This document shows, in pieces, positions 59,286 to 64,000 of a stretch of 64,000 nt of DNA. Location of the stretch: NCBI GenBank assembly GCA_050943415.1, contig JBMNPD010000003.1, positions 3,962-67,961 on the forward strand, read 5' to 3'. Both the position numbers and the translations under genes were made by a program. Source of the DNA: Candidatus Dojkabacteria bacterium. GTDB lineage: Bacteria; Patescibacteriota; Dojkabacteria; SC72. Within the stretch, counting starts at the first letter, position 1; the number at the start of each line of letters is the position of its first letter. Below the pieces are notes generated by a model, which was not told the DNA's origin, did not search any database, and saw only the letters and a list, made by a program, of their open reading frames with translations.

Positions 59286-60313
59286 TGAAAAAGAAAAAGA
59301 GAAGTAACTACAAAAAAGGAAGAGAGAAGTTTACAAACAGAACAATTCCTACGAAGTATTATACAAAGGATGATATTTTCTTTTCTCGTATGGCTAGTAT
59401 TTTGATGGTATCTAAGGGTAAGGTTAGGAGTGTTTTTTCACACAGACCAATTACAACTATACGGTTAAATTCTTTAAAAGGTGATGTTAGGGAAACAGAG
59501 GAGATATTGAAGAGAAAGGGTTTTGATTTAGAAGAGGTTACTTGGGCAAAGAATACTTTTTTTGTTTTGAACAGAGATAAGTCTGTAGTTTCTCAGACTG
59601 AGGAGTACAGTGATGGTAAGTACTATATTCAGAATCTTTCTAGTATTCTTGCTGTTACTGTTTTAAATCCTAAGGCTAAAGAAAAAATTTTAGATATGTG
59701 TGCTGCACCAGGTAGTAAGACTACATATATTGCTGATTTGACTGGTGGAAAGGCTCAGATTTTAGCTAATGATTCTGATATGAAGAGGGTTGGAGATTTA
59801 CAATCTGTTGTTAATCAGTTTGGTGATGAGAGTATTAAGGTTACTTTGAGTGATGGTAGAGATTTTGGTAAGAAGTACCCTATTTATTTTGATAATGTAC
59901 TTCTTGATGCTCCTTGTAGTGGAGAGGGGTTGATTTATATGAATGGTCCTAGGCCTTTGAGGTATTGGAGTATGGATAAGGTTAAGAGGAGTGTGTTTTT
60001 ACAGAAAGATTTGATTGTTTCTGCATTTAAAACACTGAAGCATGGTAAGAGTATGGTTTATTCTACTTGTACATTAGAGCCTGAAGAGAATGAAGGAGTT
60101 GTTTCTCATCTTTTGAATCTATTTCCTAATGCGAGGATTGAGAAGATACCAATTGTAGAAAGTAAGGAGTTTGGTGAGTACAGAGAATTTGTTAAGCCCG
60201 GAATTAAGAAATGGAGTGGTCATGTATATTGCCCTGAAGTAGTAGACACTATTAGGATTATTCCTAATGCTAAGATGATGGGCTTCTATATTGCTAAGAT
60301 ATTTAAGGAGTAG
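59285..60313 (+). CDS. RsmB/NOP2/Sun-family RNA cytosine-C5-methyltransferase (no NusB-like N-domain)
   Basis: SAM motif I DMCAAPGSKT, motif IV DAPCSGEG and the second catalytic Cys TCT (YSTCTLEPEENE). Start overlaps the rsmE stop (ATGA). Confidence 0.75.
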   Translation: MKKKKRSNYKKGREKFTNRTIPTKYYTKDDIFFSRMASILMVSKGKVRSVFSHRPITTIRLNSLKGDVRETEEILKRKGFDLEEVTWAKNTFFVLNRDKSVVSQTEEYSDGKYYIQNLSSILAVTVLNPKAKEKILDMCAAPGSKTTYIADLTGGKAQILANDSDMKRVGDLQSVVNQFGDESIKVTLSDGRDFGKKYPIYFDNVLLDAPCSGEGLIYMNGPRPLRYWSMDKVKRSVFLQKDLIVSAFKTLKHGKSMVYSTCTLEPEENEGVVSHLLNLFPNARIEKIPIVESKEFGEYREFVKPGIKKWSGHVYCPEVVDTIRIIPNAKMMGFYIAKIFKE

Positions 60314-60365
60314 TTGTCCGACATTATCGGACAACTTACTATTTACCTCAATAGATTGGTAAACT

Positions 60366-62459
60366 CTATTTCTTCTCCAATCCTTTCATACTCAACTTGA
60401 TTTTGCCCTGATTATCTATTCCAACTATCTTTACCTTAATAATATCTCCCTCATTGATAAACTTTCTAACATCTTTAACAAATTCATCAGATATTTCTGA
60501 CACATGAAGAAGACCAGAAATGCCTGGTGCTAAATCTACAAATCCACCGTAAGGCATAATTGATGCTACCTTACCTTCATAGATTTCTCCTATCTGTGGT
60601 ACAAAGTTATATCCTCCAATAATCCTTGATGCTTCATCTATAGATTCCTTAGAAGAACTATAGATATTAACTGTACCATCTTCATCAATTTCAATTTCTG
60701 CTCCTGTTCTTTCCGAAAGTTCACGAATATTCTTTCCTCCAGGGCCAATTATCTCACCAATCTTGTCTGTAGGAACCTTAATCTGTACAACTCTAGGTGC
60801 ATACTGAGACATCTCTTCTCTTGGCTTTGAAATAGCTTCAGCCATTTTTGCAAGAATCTTCAATCTTGCATCCTTTGACTGTTTGAATGTCTGCTTTACA
60901 ACCTCCATACTCAAACCCTTTGTCTTAGTATCCATCTGTACTGCAGTTACTCCCTTATCTGTTCCTGTAATCTTAAAATCCATATCACCATAGAAATCTT
61001 CAACATCTCTCATATCTGTCAAAACTTTAAAACTTCCATCTTCTCCTGTTATCAATCCACAAGCAACACCAGCAACAGCATTCTTTAGTGGAACTCCTGC
61101 TGTCATCAAAGACATAGTAGATCCACAAGCAGAAGCCATTGAGCTTGATCCATTCTCACCTTGTATTTCACTCATAACTAACATCGTGTATGGGAATTCT
61201 TCCTCAGATGGAATTACTGGCCACAAAGCTTTCTCTGCTAACATTCCATGACCAATAGCTCTTCTACTTGGAGCTAGTTTAACTCTCTCTGCTTCTCCAT
61301 ATGCAAATGGTAAATCGTTGTAAAAATGCATATATCTCTGCTCTCTCTCGCCCTCCATATCATCTACCAATCTAACATCTTTCAAACTACCCAAGGTTGT
61401 TACTGTTAATGTCTGAGTAACACCTCTGGTAAACAACGCAGAACCGTGTACTCTAGGTAGAAGATCTACTTCAGTAGCCATTTCTCTAATCTCATCTGTT
61501 TTCCTGCCATCTGCTCTTACATCATCTTCTAATATGAGTTTTCTAAGAGCTTTTTTCTGTAAAGTATCGTATGCTTCATCCATAGCTAATTTAGAGTACT
61601 TACCCTCTAGTTTTTCATACAATTCATTTTTGCTTGCTTCGTGTACAGTCCTGTCACCTACACCATTTTTTAGATTCTCTGCAATTTTCTTCTCACCAAG
61701 AATTTCTAAGACAGCATCTACTACCTCATCTTCAAGAGCATATGATGTATATGTTTTTTCCTTAGGTTTAACCAATTTCAAAAATTCATTCTGTGCTTTA
61801 ATCCATTCATCCATCAGAGTTAATGATTTCTCCATACCCTCGAAAATCTTCTCTTCTTCTACTTCGTATGCACCTGCATCAATCATTGTAAATGTTTTAC
61901 CATCACCTGCTACAACATAGTTCATTCTCTCCTCCTCAGATGTTAAATCCATTGATTTCATGACATTCAAAATATTTTCATTAGCATCAAGGCCCATTCT
62001 TACAGCTCCAAGAGGTCCTTCAAACGGTGCTTTCGAATTCATCAAAGCCAAGGATACTGCATTTATTGCTAAAAGTGCTGGATCATTCTCATTGTCATAT
62101 GACATAACAGTAACAATCACACTCACTTCATCTTTGTAATCATGTGGAAATCTAGGTCTAACAGCTCTATCTATCATTCTTGCTTTAAGAATTGCATCAT
62201 CACTTGGAAATCTTTCTCTTTTAACAAATCTGGATCCACTTATCTTTCCTGATGCATAGAATTTTTCAATGTATTCAACAGAAAGAGGAAAGTAATCTGT
62301 TTCTCCAGTTGCTTCCTTTGTATTTACATTTACAGTAATTACTGTATCTCCCATTCTTGCTAGGATAGATGATTGAGATTTTAGAGCCAACTTTCCAGTT
62401 TCAAAGGAGCATTTTGTTCCTTCTATCTCAAACTCGTATTTTTTCTCGTTAAATAACAT
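60366..62459 (-). CDS. pnp: Polyribonucleotide nucleotidyltransferase (PNPase)
   Basis: Two RNase PH domains, then KH (IGPGGKNIRELSERTGAEIEI) and S1 (GEIYEGKVASIMPYGGFVDL) domains. Confidence 0.95.
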   Translation of the reverse strand: MLFNEKKYEFEIEGTKCSFETGKLALKSQSSILARMGDTVITVNVNTKEATGETDYFPLSVEYIEKFYASGKISGSRFVKRERFPSDDAILKARMIDRAVRPRFPHDYKDEVSVIVTVMSYDNENDPALLAINAVSLALMNSKAPFEGPLGAVRMGLDANENILNVMKSMDLTSEEERMNYVVAGDGKTFTMIDAGAYEVEEEKIFEGMEKSLTLMDEWIKAQNEFLKLVKPKEKTYTSYALEDEVVDAVLEILGEKKIAENLKNGVGDRTVHEASKNELYEKLEGKYSKLAMDEAYDTLQKKALRKLILEDDVRADGRKTDEIREMATEVDLLPRVHGSALFTRGVTQTLTVTTLGSLKDVRLVDDMEGEREQRYMHFYNDLPFAYGEAERVKLAPSRRAIGHGMLAEKALWPVIPSEEEFPYTMLVMSEIQGENGSSSMASACGSTMSLMTAGVPLKNAVAGVACGLITGEDGSFKVLTDMRDVEDFYGDMDFKITGTDKGVTAVQMDTKTKGLSMEVVKQTFKQSKDARLKILAKMAEAISKPREEMSQYAPRVVQIKVPTDKIGEIIGPGGKNIRELSERTGAEIEIDEDGTVNIYSSSKESIDEASRIIGGYNFVPQIGEIYEGKVASIMPYGGFVDLAPGISGLLHVSEISDEFVKDVRKFINEGDIIKVKIVGIDNQGKIKLSMKGLEKK

Positions 62460-62532
62460 GTTTGTTTAAATAAATTTATATTAAAGCACAGGTTAATCAC
62501 CTATGTATTTTAAATGGAAAGTTGTTACAAAG

Positions 62533-62549
62533 AAAGGGTGTCTCCCTTT
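62533..62549 (-). terminator. Hairpin in the rpsO-pnp intergenic region (attenuator/processing-site candidate)
   Basis: AAAGGG(tgtct)CCCTTT, 2 nt after the rpsO stop, with a weak U-tract on the minus strand. Analogous to the E. coli rpsO t1/RNase III region. Confidence 0.35.
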
Positions 62550-62550
62550 T

Positions 62551-62814
62551 TTAAATTTTTAGCTTCTTGCTTAATGCATCAAATCTTTCAGCTTCATTAC
62601 TTTTCAAATACTGCATCAATCTTCTTCTCTTACCTACCATCTGAAGTAAACCTCTTCTAGAGTGGTTGTCTTTTTTATGTGTTTTCAAATGTTCTGTAAG
62701 GTTGTTTATCTGTTTAGTTAACAGTGCAATCTGTACTTCTGGCGAACCAGTATCACCCTCATGGAGTGCATACTTCTTTATTACTTCAATTTTTTCTGCG
62801 TTACTTAGTGCCAT
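62551..62814 (-). CDS. rpsO: 30S ribosomal protein S15
   Basis: [33 protein letters not shown]... Confidence 0.95.
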   Translation of the reverse strand: MALSNAEKIEVIKKYALHEGDTGSPEVQIALLTKQINNLTEHLKTHKKDNHSRRGLLQMVGKRRRLMQYLKSNEAERFDALSKKLKI

Positions 62815-62912
62815 ATATTTAGGTTAGCATTATATTTTTATATTTACAAGAGATTTTATACTCTAATGTATAAGGTGAGTATTGTATAATTTTATAGGCT
62901 GTTTGTCAATAA

Positions 62913-63827
62913 TTACGGTTTGTAACCAACCTCTCTTTTAAAAACAGAGGCTTCTTTTCCAAAGAATACTTCTGATATTTTAGTATATTTTATATCATAT
63001 GCTATTACTAATGATGGATTGATATCGTTGTAAAGACGTAAGTCTCTGTGATGTGAAATTGCAGAATTACCATCAGTGCCAGACAAGTCTTTACCTACAC
63101 CAATTACTCCACCATATATCTCTACGCCATCTCGGATCAGTTTGTCTCCATCTACAAAAGGTACTAATATTTGATTACCTGCATAAAGATAACCTTCAAT
63201 ATAGTCATAACCTACTACATTTGCACTTCTATATTCTCCTTGTAATATCTCTATGTTCTCCCTAGCTACAAACATACAACCATTTAAACCAACCTTATCA
63301 CTAGTTACATTAGGATTGATGAGTATATTACCTTCGGTCATAAATAATATGGTTTTGTCGCAAACATAATCTGATGGAATAACTATATCTTCGGAACTAT
63401 ACATTATACATTTGGAACCAACAGAACAAGCATTTATGTCTGTTATTTCTACTACTCCCTCTTGTTTCTTGCTTAGGTTCTTTTTTAAGGTGTCATAGTA
63501 TTGTTCTGGTCTGTTATTGGTATCAATTACATTGGTTGCTCTTGCACTTGTTTTGTTTGCTTCTATTATATTTCTAATGAAGTTAGAAGAAGAAGAAATT
63601 ATTTCACTACCTATTTTTAATTCTGACTTCAGGGCATTGGTTATTGTTTGAATTCCTCCTATATTGTAATAATAGTCATCAACCGAAGAAAGATCCTTTG
63701 CGTTAGTTAGTATGTTACCTTTACTGTATAGTGTTCCACCTTTAGTGGAAATCCATGGGTCTAGATTTACGCTATTATTAGAAGATGTTGTATAGTTGCA
63801 AGCTTGATCAAAAGCAGTAATATACAT
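62913..63827 (-). CDS. Hypothetical protein (304 aa or more), Gly/Asn/Ser-rich, possibly beta-helix-like
   Basis: ORF with an in-frame stop at 63936-63938, so it is complete within the window. Start codon uncertain. No motif recognised. Confidence 0.4.
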   Translation of the reverse strand: MYITAFDQACNYTTSSNNSVNLDPWISTKGGTLYSKGNILTNAKDLSSVDDYYYNIGGIQTITNALKSELKIGSEIISSSSNFIRNIIEANKTSARATNVIDTNNRPEQYYDTLKKNLSKKQEGVVEITDINACSVGSKCIMYSSEDIVIPSDYVCDKTILFMTEGNILINPNVTSDKVGLNGCMFVARENIEILQGEYRSANVVGYDYIEGYLYAGNQILVPFVDGDKLIRDGVEIYGGVIGVGKDLSGTDGNSAISHHRDLRLYNDINPSLVIAYDIKYTKISEVFFGKEASVFKREVGYKP

Positions 63828-64000
63828 ATCTATAGCTCCACCTTCGTTTGAGGATATACCTACATCTGAATTATCAATAACGGGAGTGGTATTAATGTTA
63901 AGATAATCCCATTGATTTGGATTTCTAGGATTGCCTATCTCTGCTTCTGGTGGTGTACCTGCATTTAAAGTTATACTGTTTGGATTGTTTGCTATAGTTA

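Noticed and set aside
62913-64000. Suspected that the last minus-strand ORF runs off the window end.
   Set aside because: There is an in-frame stop (TAG on the minus strand) at 63936-63938, so the ORF is bounded within the window. Only the exact start codon is uncertain.
1-64000. CRISPR arrays, rRNA genes, additional tRNAs, tmRNA/SRP RNA.
   Set aside because: No regularly spaced direct repeats and no rRNA-like conserved blocks were seen. Scanning all intergenic gaps longer than 60 nt found only one tRNA-like GC-rich cloverleaf (tRNA-Glu). Absence cannot be proven without covariance-model searches.

Overview
This window looks like a low-GC (about 30-33% by eye), gene-dense bacterial chromosome segment using the standard genetic code. 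The gene content and order suggest a CPR/Patescibacteria-like or other reduced Gram-positive-type organism. Supporting signs: L30 and L29 are missing from an otherwise canonical S10-spc-alpha ribosomal supercluster; RNase Y, the single-chain GlyRS type and a sortase-type (IPKTG) sorting signal are present; several huge surface proteins are encoded. From sequence alone I can support the following: a partial lysS, then glyQS, trmD, a CPBP protease, mpg, tRNA-Glu(CUC), greA, hup, rny, tgt-queA and fmt. A type-A RNase P RNA (rnpB) was miscalled as an ORF. The r-protein and translation block is rpsI/rplM/rplQ/rpoA/rpsD/rpsK/rpsM/rpmJ/infA, then glmS with a candidate glmS ribozyme in its leader, then adk, secY and rplO through rpsJ, then tuf and fusA. 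Further downstream are a UvrD/PcrA helicase, rsmE, an RsmB-like methyltransferase, pnp and rpsO. Two paralogous small HUH (IS200/RAYT-like) transposase genes lie in inverted orientation on either side of the ribosomal/EF block, each next to short palindromic REP-like motifs. The second copy has F at the presumed catalytic Tyr position. The most unusual region is a tight, about 14.6 kb minus-strand operon at 43728..58346. It encodes an L,D-transpeptidase, a 1240-aa FN3-containing surface protein, a small membrane protein, a double-FN3 protein with a sortase sorting signal, a Cys-rich secreted protein and a VirB6/TrbL-like polytopic membrane protein. It also encodes an 841-aa protein with one transmembrane helix and an extracytoplasmic HExxH domain, a membrane-anchored protein and a secreted SH3b/amidase-like protein. 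There is no ATPase or sortase in the window. This is a candidate uncharacterised envelope or cell-cell interaction apparatus.
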